From: a virus
Taxonomy: Duplodnaviria > Caudoviricetes
Virus record (IMG/VR): IMGVR_UViG_3300029171_000033
Location: 1-31,054 of that record
DNA: 31,054 bases
Direction: 5' to 3' (one strand)
The notes under the pieces were generated by a model. That model was not told the origin of the DNA. It made no database searches and saw nothing but the letters and a program-made list of their open reading frames with translations. How positions within the stretch are numbered: the first letter of the stretch is position 1; every line of letters starts with the position of its first letter. The position numbers and the translations under genes are program-made. Below, piece by piece: positions 7,842-16,012 of this stretch.

Positions 7842-8006
7842 ATGGCGAAACAGGCGAAAAGACTGACCCGCAAAGAAAAGATCGAATTGTCGAAAAAGAT
7901 CGGGATTGATCTTAGCGGCAAGTCGAACTTGGAAATTTCCAAGGTTGTGAACCAGCGGCGTCTCTCCGACGATCTTGAAGATATCAAGAGGAAACATAAC
8001 CTGTGA
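7842..8006 (+). CDS. Small basic hypothetical protein (54 aa)
   Basis: ATG 1 nt after the previous stop; Lys/Arg-rich. Confidence 0.6.
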   Translation: MAKQAKRLTRKEKIELSKKIGIDLSGKSNLEISKVVNQRRLSDDLEDIKRKHNL

Positions 8007-8335
8007 TTGACACAAAGATTTTCGAATTCGGTGCGACCTCAATTACGGTTGAGGTCGCAAAGTGGAAATCTGACGGTTCCACGCCTGCGACCTACCGTTG
8101 TCGGATTGGAACTTACGGTGGTGGGCCTGATGAAATTATCGCAGAGCGTGAAAGTGCGATTTCGGCAGAGCGGGAATGCACCGCAGCCTTCATCGAACAT
8201 TTCAAAGGTCGGAAGCGAAAACCGCATCCAGCAACGATCAACATTCGTGACAAGTTGCCCGCTGAAGCTGGCGATAACACTGGACCAAGCGCAGTGAAAC
8301 CCGCTAGAAAGCGCCAAGACGATTACGAATATTGA
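8003..8335 (+). CDS. Hypothetical protein (110 aa)
   Basis: GAGGA RBS, GTGA overlap. Confidence 0.7.
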   Translation: MIDTKIFEFGATSITVEVAKWKSDGSTPATYRCRIGTYGGGPDEIIAERESAISAERECTAAFIEHFKGRKRKPHPATINIRDKLPAEAGDNTGPSAVKPARKRQDDYEY

Positions 8336-8356
8336 TACTGATGCGGGGGCCATCCT

Positions 8357-9010
8357 TTGAAACCGATAAAGCCGAGTGCGACACACATTCACCTTATCCG
8401 GCGAACAAAACTCAGGGCAACATCTGCCCACTCAATGAAGGTGCGGGGCTTGGATGCCTATTTCAGCCCTTACGAAGCCATTTGGCCGGTCATTGAACTT
8501 GAGGCGGATATGCCCCAGCGAATGTGGGAACCTTGCGCGGGAGATGGGCGAATTGTTCGCTGTTTGAAGCAACATGGTTTCAAAACTCTTGCTTCAGATA
8601 TCGCGGATTATCGAGTCAAGGACGTTGATATTCAAACTGGTGTTAACTTTCTTGAGGTTTCCGAGGTGCCGCCGAATGTTGGGGGCATTATTACAAACCC
8701 ACCGTTCAAGCACGCCGCAGCCATGATTGAAAAAGCGGTTGATATGGTTCCGTATTCGGCATGGCTTCTCAGACTTCAGTTTTTGGAGTCGGTTGACCGC
8801 ATGGTATTCTTTCGGAATAACCCACCTGCGCGGGTTTGGGTCAGTTCTCGCAGAATGCCAATGATGCACCGACTTGATTGGAGTGGTCCAATTTCAACAT
8901 CGAATATTTGCTATGCTTGGTTTGTCTGGGATGATCGGACGACTAAGAAAAAACAGTTCGATTGGTTTGACTGGAAAGATCACTGGCAAGAATTGAATGG
9001 TGTTTACTGA
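8357..9010 (+). CDS. Phage amino-(N6A/N4C) DNA methyltransferase-like protein; start uncertain (8357 or 8435)
   Basis: SAM-binding WEPCAGDG precedes catalytic ITNPPF; YAWFVW C-terminal motif. Confidence 0.8.
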   Translation: MKPIKPSATHIHLIRRTKLRATSAHSMKVRGLDAYFSPYEAIWPVIELEADMPQRMWEPCAGDGRIVRCLKQHGFKTLASDIADYRVKDVDIQTGVNFLEVSEVPPNVGGIITNPPFKHAAAMIEKAVDMVPYSAWLLRLQFLESVDRMVFFRNNPPARVWVSSRRMPMMHRLDWSGPISTSNICYAWFVWDDRTTKKKQFDWFDWKDHWQELNGVY

Positions 9011-9023
9011 AGAGGGAAAACAG

Positions 9024-9167
9024 ATGGGTAGACTCAAGGTGAAATCAGAGGAAGTCGAATACCACGAACATGACGCGATTCAATACAGTGACGAAATGTA
9101 TTGTAAGCGCTGCAAAAAGCGTTGGGATACCAATGATCCAGATGAACCAAAATGTCTTCCGAAATAA
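9024..9167 (+). CDS. Small Cys/His protein (47 aa) ..HDAIQYSDEMYCKRCKKRWDTNDPDEPKC..
   Basis: GAGGG RBS; H..CxxC..C; fills the gap; below the ORF-track cutoff. Confidence 0.7.
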   Translation: MGRLKVKSEEVEYHEHDAIQYSDEMYCKRCKKRWDTNDPDEPKCLPK

Positions 9168-9514
9168 TATTTCGGGATGAAATACGCATCTGGGGTTCTG
9201 GTGGTGAAACCTCAGTTCGGGCAATGCGATTCAGCATTATCTCATTGGATGGTGAATACCAACTTGCAGTGCATCCTACGCTTGGAAACAGTGATACGTT
9301 GACGATAACTGAATGTCAAAGTGGTTTGGCGATCACGATGGATTTGGATATCCGACTTGTCGATTTCCCAGAAGTTTTAATTCCAAGATGCCGCGATTAT
9401 ATGTTCGAATTGCGATGCAAAATTCGTGATCGAAATCTTCTGGATATCATCGAGCGTGAATGTATTCGGATTGCACAAGCTATGGAATTGATAGACGATG
9501 ATATTCCGTTCTGA
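9152..9514 (+). CDS. Hypothetical protein (120 aa) ending in DDDIPF
   Basis: ORF track; C-terminus identical to the bacterial SSB tail. Confidence 0.7.
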   Translation: MSSEIIFRDEIRIWGSGGETSVRAMRFSIISLDGEYQLAVHPTLGNSDTLTITECQSGLAITMDLDIRLVDFPEVLIPRCRDYMFELRCKIRDRNLLDIIERECIRIAQAMELIDDDIPF

Positions 9515-10229
9515 AAAAGAATTGGTTGATACGTTCGTTGCAACCATAAACCGCAATATTTGGAACATATACCCTGAGACTGGCGATTTCGACTTGCTAT
9601 TATCCCGCCGCGAGGATGGTTTCCAGATCGGCGTTGAGGCCAAGCTGACGCTCAACATGAAGGTTGTGGCTCAGGCGGCAGACCTCGCCCAAGGTCGATA
9701 TGGGGCATTGCGCCCCGGCCCCGATTGCCGAGCGGTGCTTGTGCCCCAGAAGAAGGATCGATCCGAGTTCGACAGCCTCTTGCGTGCCCTTCAGGTGGTG
9801 CTGTTGCGTGTCGGTGGTAGGGTTGGTGCCCCTTGGGTTAGCAAGGGCCTTCCTGACGGCCCTGCGGCCCGTGGCGAGTGGCCAGAACACTTCCCCTATA
9901 GCCGCATCACCTTGCCCGACTATATCCCAGATGTGGATGCCGGGGTTAAGGGGCCAACCAAGCTGACCTTGTGGAAGGTGAAGGCGATCAAACTGGTGAT
10001 CCTGCTTGAGCGGCGCGGCTATCTGGTTCGCCGCGATTTTGCGCGCTTTGACATTTCACCTTCAGTATGGACACAACGAAACTGGATCATAAGCGGCCCC
10101 GTTCGGGGGCAATACATTCGCGGGCCGGGTGTAATGCCTGATTTCAGGCGTCAACACCCTGTAAATTTCCAACAGATCGAGTCCGATTTCGATAAGTGGA
10201 ACAGTCGCGATTTGGAAGGGTATATCTGA
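9498..10229 (+). CDS. PD-(D/E)xK nuclease-fold protein
   Basis: SE.EL...YPE..FDLL...IGVEAKL...QA layout of the restriction-endonuclease-like fold. Confidence 0.65.
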   Translation: MIFRSEKELVDTFVATINRNIWNIYPETGDFDLLLSRREDGFQIGVEAKLTLNMKVVAQAADLAQGRYGALRPGPDCRAVLVPQKKDRSEFDSLLRALQVVLLRVGGRVGAPWVSKGLPDGPAARGEWPEHFPYSRITLPDYIPDVDAGVKGPTKLTLWKVKAIKLVILLERRGYLVRRDFARFDISPSVWTQRNWIISGPVRGQYIRGPGVMPDFRRQHPVNFQQIESDFDKWNSRDLEGYI

Positions 10230-10234
10230 AACAG

Positions 10235-10272
10235 GAAACGCCTGCGACCCGGTGAGGCACAGGCGTTTCTTT
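10235..10272. terminator. Probable (bidirectional) terminator between the convergent arms
   Basis: 10-bp stem GAAACGCCTG/CAGGCGTTTC; T-rich 3' end on + (TTTCTTT) and on - (TTTCCTGTTT). Confidence 0.7.
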
Positions 10273-10370
10273 CGTCGGGGGCAGAGCCGGTCCTGAGTTC
10301 CCACCGATACCGCTTCTTGCCGATTTTTGGTCAGCAGTGCCGGGCTGTTCGAATCTTATAGCCCCAAATG

Positions 10371-12581
10371 CTACGGCATGTCAACTTCAGAAATGACACA
10401 CCAGTTGAACAGACCATAGGTCACCCCAGACATTACCTTAACCCTCGGATCGGTATCGCGCAAATTGCCGAGTGGATAAGGTGCGTTCGAAGGTTGCCCC
10501 ATTCCAGCGCGGCCCCAACCATATCCGAGGCGTGATCCTGCGCTTGCTGGCGAACTGAGGCTGAGTGTAATCAAATCGCCTACCATGGTAACCGAACTGA
10601 TGATGTTTTGAAGCGTGGTGCTATTCGCAGCCCAAACGTCAAAACCCATATTACTTGCCGCCGGAAGTGTGGTTGTGTCGAAAACGTAGCTTCCATTACC
10701 ACCGGAAACACGAATAACAATTTCAACAGAACTCCACGAAACCAAGCTGAATTCAACGTGGTTGTATCCCCCGTTATCAATATCATACATTACCTTGGAA
10801 TAATACTCGCCTTTCAGCTTTTGACCAAGCGTTGACATATGGATGCCATTTTTCCAGTTCATTGGATAAAGTGGAAAGATCGAAACTTTATAACTTTCTC
10901 TTGCCAACTGAAGTTGTGACAGACCAACAGAGGGGAATGTCGCGTTCGTTCTCGATGTGCAGTGCTGGGCAATGATATAGTTCGGATCAGCCCCATCATA
11001 GCCAGCCGCAATAGCTGCGTTTCGAATATTGTTAAACATCGAAACCAACTTAGGGTAATACGCGCCCCTAGCATCACTTGCGTTGGAATAGCCATGAGTC
11101 CACCATACCCAATCAAAACCACCATCTTCAAAATGGCTCTTACTGGCCACGATATCAGAAACCAACCTCGACCAGTCTGAGCCTGAAGCCAACTGTTCGA
11201 TAGATCGACCAGATACCGCAGGATTAAGTGCGAAATATCTGTTTTCCAGTTCCCGCCAATCTGAAACCTGATCCCGAGCCAAATATCGCTCGACCAATGA
11301 ATCCAAGCCAATAGTCATGCCGGTTTCATATACCCGTTCCTTAAGCGTTTGAACGGTTAGACGATCAGGTGGGCTACCGACTTGCTCACCATACCAACTT
11401 AACAGATAGTTTCCAAAGCACAAATTCCCATGTATGCCGTATACCGTTTCAGCGGTTGCCTCTTGACCAACTGCATTCGATTGGCCATATTGCAACACAA
11501 CCGAAATTTGATTTTCTATGCTACCGATTTGAGCCTTTTTCCAGTTCCACCAATCGCGAATTTGTTGACGTTTTGTCGCGTCAACACGATCCATGACAAT
11601 CACATGTTCGATTTCCGAGTTGGTGAAAATCAGCGCTGATGCTGAATTCGGCCTTGCACCAATTACCACCCTTGGAAAATTCGAGTCCATTACCCGAGTC
11701 GCACCCGTTCCAATTCCTAGTGTGAGTTGGGTTTCATCTGCAAATGCCGTCAGTTCGCCAAGCGTGCGGTTTGGCCCCATCGACCATTCGTAAAGAACAG
11801 TATTTTCGTTTGTTGCAGGGGGACCACCTGTAAAATTCTGATATGCGTTTGCACCGTAAACGCTGGAGTCCCGAGCGTTTACCGACCATCTCCCTGTGGA
11901 ATGGGAAAGGTCAGCACTGACCGCTGCAAACATTCTGGTATATTCAGCGTTACCAGCCCGAGCGACAACGAAAAGTGTCAGTTGTCGTGCCTGAGCCATC
12001 GGGGTAAGTGCGCCATGTAGCGCACCCGATCCTCTAGCAAACATAGCCGGTCGATAATCGTGATCTTCGGTCACGATTTTCTTCGGAACTCCGAACGAAA
12101 CACCGTTGCTATGTTGCACGTTATTGACAACCGCGCCTTGGACGCGATCAACCCAGCTTACGCTAGTTCCATTGATTTCGAAACCCTCGTCAGCACTCCA
12201 CCAGTATATCGCCCCAATTTCTTCAGGATTAGGTGGTGGAAATTGAACAGTGAACGCTTCCGTAACTTCAACGACCGAGCCTGCGATATTGGAGATGGAC
12301 ACCGCGCAACGAATTTCTGAGTTATCATCTCCAATATCGAGGGTGTAGGTTTCTGAGGTTTCACCCGAAATCGCTACCCCGTTGCGTGTCCATTGAAATG
12401 TTGGAGTCGCCGCTGGGTTGCCCTCTGTGAAAACGACTTCGACCCGAAGAATGTCTCCGGGTCGCTGCGCGTTTTCAGAAAGTGTTGCGCTGATGATGGT
12501 TGGCGGTGTATATTGCTGACCATCATTCGCAGTTGAAGAATTTCCACCGAAGCCGAAATTCCTGTGTTCTTTTCCAATCAC
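10371..12581 (-). CDS. Virion appendage / receptor-binding protein: Ig-like + LamG-like + SGNH/SASA-type esterase domains
   Basis: FQWTRNG..ISG.T..TYTL...D....IRC.V (Ig); YWWSADEG..V.SW.D (LamG-like); YGQSNA...G.SI..L...GIH (SGNH); GTG start overlaps the upstream stop, with a GAGGGAGG RBS. Confidence 0.75.
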   Translation of the reverse strand: MIGKEHRNFGFGGNSSTANDGQQYTPPTIISATLSENAQRPGDILRVEVVFTEGNPAATPTFQWTRNGVAISGETSETYTLDIGDDNSEIRCAVSISNIAGSVVEVTEAFTVQFPPPNPEEIGAIYWWSADEGFEINGTSVSWVDRVQGAVVNNVQHSNGVSFGVPKKIVTEDHDYRPAMFARGSGALHGALTPMAQARQLTLFVVARAGNAEYTRMFAAVSADLSHSTGRWSVNARDSSVYGANAYQNFTGGPPATNENTVLYEWSMGPNRTLGELTAFADETQLTLGIGTGATRVMDSNFPRVVIGARPNSASALIFTNSEIEHVIVMDRVDATKRQQIRDWWNWKKAQIGSIENQISVVLQYGQSNAVGQEATAETVYGIHGNLCFGNYLLSWYGEQVGSPPDRLTVQTLKERVYETGMTIGLDSLVERYLARDQVSDWRELENRYFALNPAVSGRSIEQLASGSDWSRLVSDIVASKSHFEDGGFDWVWWTHGYSNASDARGAYYPKLVSMFNNIRNAAIAAGYDGADPNYIIAQHCTSRTNATFPSVGLSQLQLARESYKVSIFPLYPMNWKNGIHMSTLGQKLKGEYYSKVMYDIDNGGYNHVEFSLVSWSSVEIVIRVSGGNGSYVFDTTTLPAASNMGFDVWAANSTTLQNIISSVTMVGDLITLSLSSPASAGSRLGYGWGRAGMGQPSNAPYPLGNLRDTDPRVKVMSGVTYGLFNWCVISEVDMP

Positions 12582-12817
12582 GCGAAACCCTCCCTCACAA
12601 ACCAAGAACCATCGCGAATGGCACGGTAGTAAACCGTGCGATCACCTTCCACCCGAATGGTGCTTCCCGCAATGGCATCATTGCGATCCAGAACCACACC
12701 ATCATCCTGATCGGCTGCGGCACTCATTGAGAAAACCACGGCCCCAGATTTGACCATGATATATTCGGCTGCGGTGGTAGTGAAAGACTGCCAAGCCGAT
12801 GTTGCCAAAACCTTCAT
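12578..12817 (-). CDS. Small beta-rich protein (79 aa), putative anchor/base for the downstream appendage protein
   Basis: ATG 12817 just after the previous stop; GTGA-coupled to the next gene. Confidence 0.65.
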   Translation of the reverse strand: MKVLATSAWQSFTTTAAEYIMVKSGAVVFSMSAAADQDDGVVLDRNDAIAGSTIRVEGDRTVYYRAIRDGSWFVREGFA

Positions 12818-12819
12818 GA

Positions 12820-13176
12820 TTAACCCCGAAAAATGGCGGCAACTGCCGCGATGATTTCTTGACCGTATTTGGTCATTGCTGCGCCAATTCCAGTTCCCGC
12901 AATACCTGCGAACGCAAGAAAACCAACACCCCGTTGTTCCCACATGCGCACCTTGCCAACAGTGGGCATCACTTCACTGCGCAAAATGGTGGTATTTGTT
13001 TGAGATGTGTTTTCAAGTGCCGCAATTCGAATGTCCATATCTTCGAGTCGTTCGGACACGGTGCGGCGATGCTCGTTTGTTTCAGCTTGTGACTGTTTTT
13101 GCAGTTCAAGCAACTGGCTCAAGGTTCCTTCAATTTGGCCGAGTTTGAAGGATACGCTAGTGTCGAGATTGTTCAT
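12820..13176 (-). CDS. Coiled-coil protein with a C-terminal transmembrane segment; holin/lysis-accessory candidate
   Basis: Heptad-rich N-terminus, hydrophobic GVGFLAFAGIAGTGIGAAM; located in the lysis cassette. Confidence 0.6.
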   Translation of the reverse strand: MNNLDTSVSFKLGQIEGTLSQLLELQKQSQAETNEHRRTVSERLEDMDIRIAALENTSQTNTTILRSEVMPTVGKVRMWEQRGVGFLAFAGIAGTGIGAAMTKYGQEIIAAVAAIFRG

Positions 13177-13379
13177 TTGCATCCATCTTTCCAGATTGCG
13201 TTGTGGGTCTTGATCTGGCTGATGGTTTCGTCGGTATCTTCGACATGCCATGTGATCGGTTGGAAAATCAGGCAGTCATTTTCGCCTGAACCCGTCATCT
13301 TCACGCAACCGCTCATGGTCAGCGTTAGAACCAGTGCGAATGCGATTTGCGCGGGCAAGTCTCTTGCGGAATTCTTCAT
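13173..13379 (-). CDS. Outer-membrane spanin (Rz1-like lipoprotein)
   Basis: Hydrophobic signal with lipobox MSG-C, extra Cys residues, partly embedded in the upstream membrane gene. Confidence 0.8.
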   Translation of the reverse strand: MKNSARDLPAQIAFALVLTLTMSGCVKMTGSGENDCLIFQPITWHVEDTDETISQIKTHNAIWKDGCK

Positions 13380-13554
13380 TCTGCCGTGCCTCTTGTTCGA
13401 GTTCCGCGTTCTTGCGGATTTGACGCAAGGCGAAAAGTATCGCCCCCATTACGAGGGCGATATTGGAAGCCCGCTGACCCAGAACATACCAGATCAGGCC
13501 GAGTGAAATCAAGACACCGACACCCCCTATGAGGGAAAACAGGTCATTGGCCAC
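13276..13554 (-). CDS. Inner-membrane spanin (Rz-like) candidate
   Basis: GTG start; N-terminal hydrophobic segments, charged helical C-terminus; overlaps the lipoprotein gene. Confidence 0.7.
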   Translation of the reverse strand: MANDLFSLIGGVGVLISLGLIWYVLGQRASNIALVMGAILFALRQIRKNAELEQEARQNEEFRKRLARANRIRTGSNADHERLREDDGFRRK

Positions 13555-14647
13555 GGCGGTAATTCCGCAACATAGGGTATATCGTCAGTGCCACACCTGC
13601 GAGCATCAGGAGTGGGGGGATTGCCCTGAGAATTGCCGAATCAAGGGGCATTTCTGCCACTTGGCGTGCAGTGCTGAAGATTACCTCGGTGGCAACGCCA
13701 ATGCTTGTGATCTTTGCACCTGAAGCCATCGTATCGTTGTCTTCAGCCGCGCTTGGGGCCGGATTGCGCCCGGTCCCCCGCGTCTGTGCAGATTGAACAG
13801 CAGCCCACGTCAGCGGCCCAACAACGCCATCAACCGGAACCCCGGCCTTACGCTGAAAGTCACGAATTGCCGCTTGGGTTTTAGGCCCATCTTTCCCGTC
13901 AACCTTCAGCGAATACCCAAGATCATTCAAAGCCCGCTGAACCTTGATAATATCAGTATTCGGTTTGGAATTCGCCCAAACGTCATCCGCAGAATTTTCA
14001 GAAACCAAACTATAGATTCGTTTGAAATAAGCCTTACGATCCGCGAGGCCGTTGAATCCACCATTGACGGTTTCAGTAATGAAGCCAATATCGTTCTGAT
14101 CTGCGCGAAGATTCAGACTATGATCTTTCCAGAATTCAAACGCGCTGATGAACATAACATCAGGGTTAAGGATATTGTCGGGTTCATTGACAATATCCTG
14201 CCGACCAATAACGATAGCGGCACGCTCATAGTTGCGTTTCCCCGTGATACCCATCGGCCCACGGGCGCGGTATTTCCAACCATCGCCAGCCTTGAGATTT
14301 CCGAGTTCTCGGGCTTTCTTCGGATTGCCAATCCCGTAAACCCGTTCTGCGAGTTCGAAACCCTTGCCCGCAAGGGAAATCGCCTCTTTCACACTCACAC
14401 CAGCACTGTGCTTGCCTGTGCCGAAGATTTCCATGATGCGCTTTGCACTGTAATTCATGTTTTCGCGCAAAGCGGTGAAACCTGCGGATTCATGGGCAAT
14501 CTGAGCCATGAAATGCGCAAGACGCAAGGGATTGTTGATTTCGTATTTCTCGAAATCGCCGCGCTCAACAGAAATACGCATTGCCTCGATATACGCATCT
14601 TTTACCTTGGGGGCGATTTGACGCATCAGGTCTGCATCGATTTTCAT
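13544..14647 (-). CDS. Endolysin: GH19 lysozyme + peptidoglycan-binding domain + hydrophobic C-terminus
   Basis: RLAHFMAQIAHES, GDGWKYRARG..ITGK.NY, VNGG.NGLADR; PG_binding_1 VQRAL..LGY..VDG..GPKT..AI..FQ...G..VDGVVGP.TW. Confidence 0.93.
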   Translation of the reverse strand: MKIDADLMRQIAPKVKDAYIEAMRISVERGDFEKYEINNPLRLAHFMAQIAHESAGFTALRENMNYSAKRIMEIFGTGKHSAGVSVKEAISLAGKGFELAERVYGIGNPKKARELGNLKAGDGWKYRARGPMGITGKRNYERAAIVIGRQDIVNEPDNILNPDVMFISAFEFWKDHSLNLRADQNDIGFITETVNGGFNGLADRKAYFKRIYSLVSENSADDVWANSKPNTDIIKVQRALNDLGYSLKVDGKDGPKTQAAIRDFQRKAGVPVDGVVGPLTWAAVQSAQTRGTGRNPAPSAAEDNDTMASGAKITSIGVATEVIFSTARQVAEMPLDSAILRAIPPLLMLAGVALTIYPMLRNYRRGQ

Positions 14648-16011
14648 ATCAGAACACTTTCGGCTGAAGGGGCTTCATAGGTTGCGTCGTCGTATAATCC
14701 TGCACCCTTGGTAAAGCGGAACGCTTTAAGATGCAAGTTTCCTGAACTTCCGTTGGTTGAAAGGACGATATTCTTGCCCAAATAGGGTGCGACCTCGCCA
14801 ATTGCAGGATCAACCGCGAGGCGAACACCATCCATGAAGGTGCTAATTACACCTGACTTTCTCGATATCGCGATGGTTCTGTATGAAGAACCTGAAATGG
14901 GTATGCTTCGTGTGAAGATAACTGCATCACTCACGGATCGAACCGTGATTGTCACTGCGGAGACTGACCTTTCGACTCTAATTGGCACTACGCCTGACGA
15001 AGTGAAGAATACTGAGGCGGTTGAACCCATTGTTCCCCAGAATTCAAAAGTGAAATCGTCGCTACCAAGATCGACTGCATTGTCGATAATTGGAATTTCC
15101 GTTGTTTGTGCATTTCCGAAATTCAATCCAAGATCACTTATGCTGAACATAACATTGTCTTGAGATACCTTTGCCGTGTTAGTGTCTTTATTGGCAACTT
15201 CACCACCAATAACATAACCGAAATGGTCGTTAAAATTCAACAACACACGAACATTTGACCAATCGGGATCGGCAGCGCCAGTTGGAAATGCTTCAGTCGG
15301 CGGGCTAAATGCCGAGGTGTAGCGTGCGGAACCAATGGTGAGCCTGAATTCGTCAATCAAACCTACAAATTGATTGCTTATCGCAGACGAAGTGTTGCTA
15401 CCGCCGAATTGCCACGCAAAAGTCATATTGGTGCCGCCGATACCCAACGAGCCAATTGTATATGTGGTTCCCGCGACCCCGTTAACGAAACACTCCACAA
15501 CACTTCCGCGCCGCTGAAAAGCAACGTGATTCCATCTGGAAAAGAAATCAGTCGGATCGGTTACTTGAAAAAACACTGTCCGCGTGGTTCCAACTGACGA
15601 GTCGCGGAATTCAAAAACAATTCGATCAGTGGTGTTGTTGTAATAAATTCGGTATACATTGTATAGACTTGACGTATACCATTTGCCAAATAGGTGCATT
15701 TGGCTTGTTGGTTCTCCGTCGCAATTGAACCAAAATTCACATGTGAAATCTGATGTTCCAACTGTGAGTTGGCTATCTGAGGCTGGAAAATTTGCCAACG
15801 CAGCATTGGGGCCGATCTGAAGACAACCCGTCCCAAACCTCGGGTTTGCAGTATTGCGACGGATATTGCCAAAGTATTGCAGGTTGGTTCCGGTTCCAAG
15901 ATTTTCGGAACCGTTGAAAAGGGCGTAAATCGCCGTTGTATAGTCCAGGGGGCTTTCACCAGTTGGTGAAATTGCAGTTGATCCCATCAAAAGCGCTGCG
16001 AAACCAATCAT
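14644..16011 (-). CDS. LamG/concanavalin-A-like lectin-domain tail fibre protein
   Basis: Two repeats of (G..)DFT.EFW...; WNHVA..R.G....FVNG; F.G.IDEFR.T.G.ARY. Confidence 0.8.
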   Translation of the reverse strand: MIGFAALLMGSTAISPTGESPLDYTTAIYALFNGSENLGTGTNLQYFGNIRRNTANPRFGTGCLQIGPNAALANFPASDSQLTVGTSDFTCEFWFNCDGEPTSQMHLFGKWYTSSLYNVYRIYYNNTTDRIVFEFRDSSVGTTRTVFFQVTDPTDFFSRWNHVAFQRRGSVVECFVNGVAGTTYTIGSLGIGGTNMTFAWQFGGSNTSSAISNQFVGLIDEFRLTIGSARYTSAFSPPTEAFPTGAADPDWSNVRVLLNFNDHFGYVIGGEVANKDTNTAKVSQDNVMFSISDLGLNFGNAQTTEIPIIDNAVDLGSDDFTFEFWGTMGSTASVFFTSSGVVPIRVERSVSAVTITVRSVSDAVIFTRSIPISGSSYRTIAISRKSGVISTFMDGVRLAVDPAIGEVAPYLGKNIVLSTNGSSGNLHLKAFRFTKGAGLYDDATYEAPSAESVLI

Positions 16012-16012
16012 G

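Noticed and set aside
3746-9010. DNA hypermodification pathway (7-deazaguanine, 5hmdU, dZ)
   Set aside because: No queC/D/E, dpdA, purZ or hydroxymethylase gene in the window, and restriction-site avoidance argues against it; genes outside the window cannot be excluded
10300-10370. tRNA suggested by GTTCGAATC at 10347-10355
   Set aside because: No T-arm stem, acceptor stem or cloverleaf
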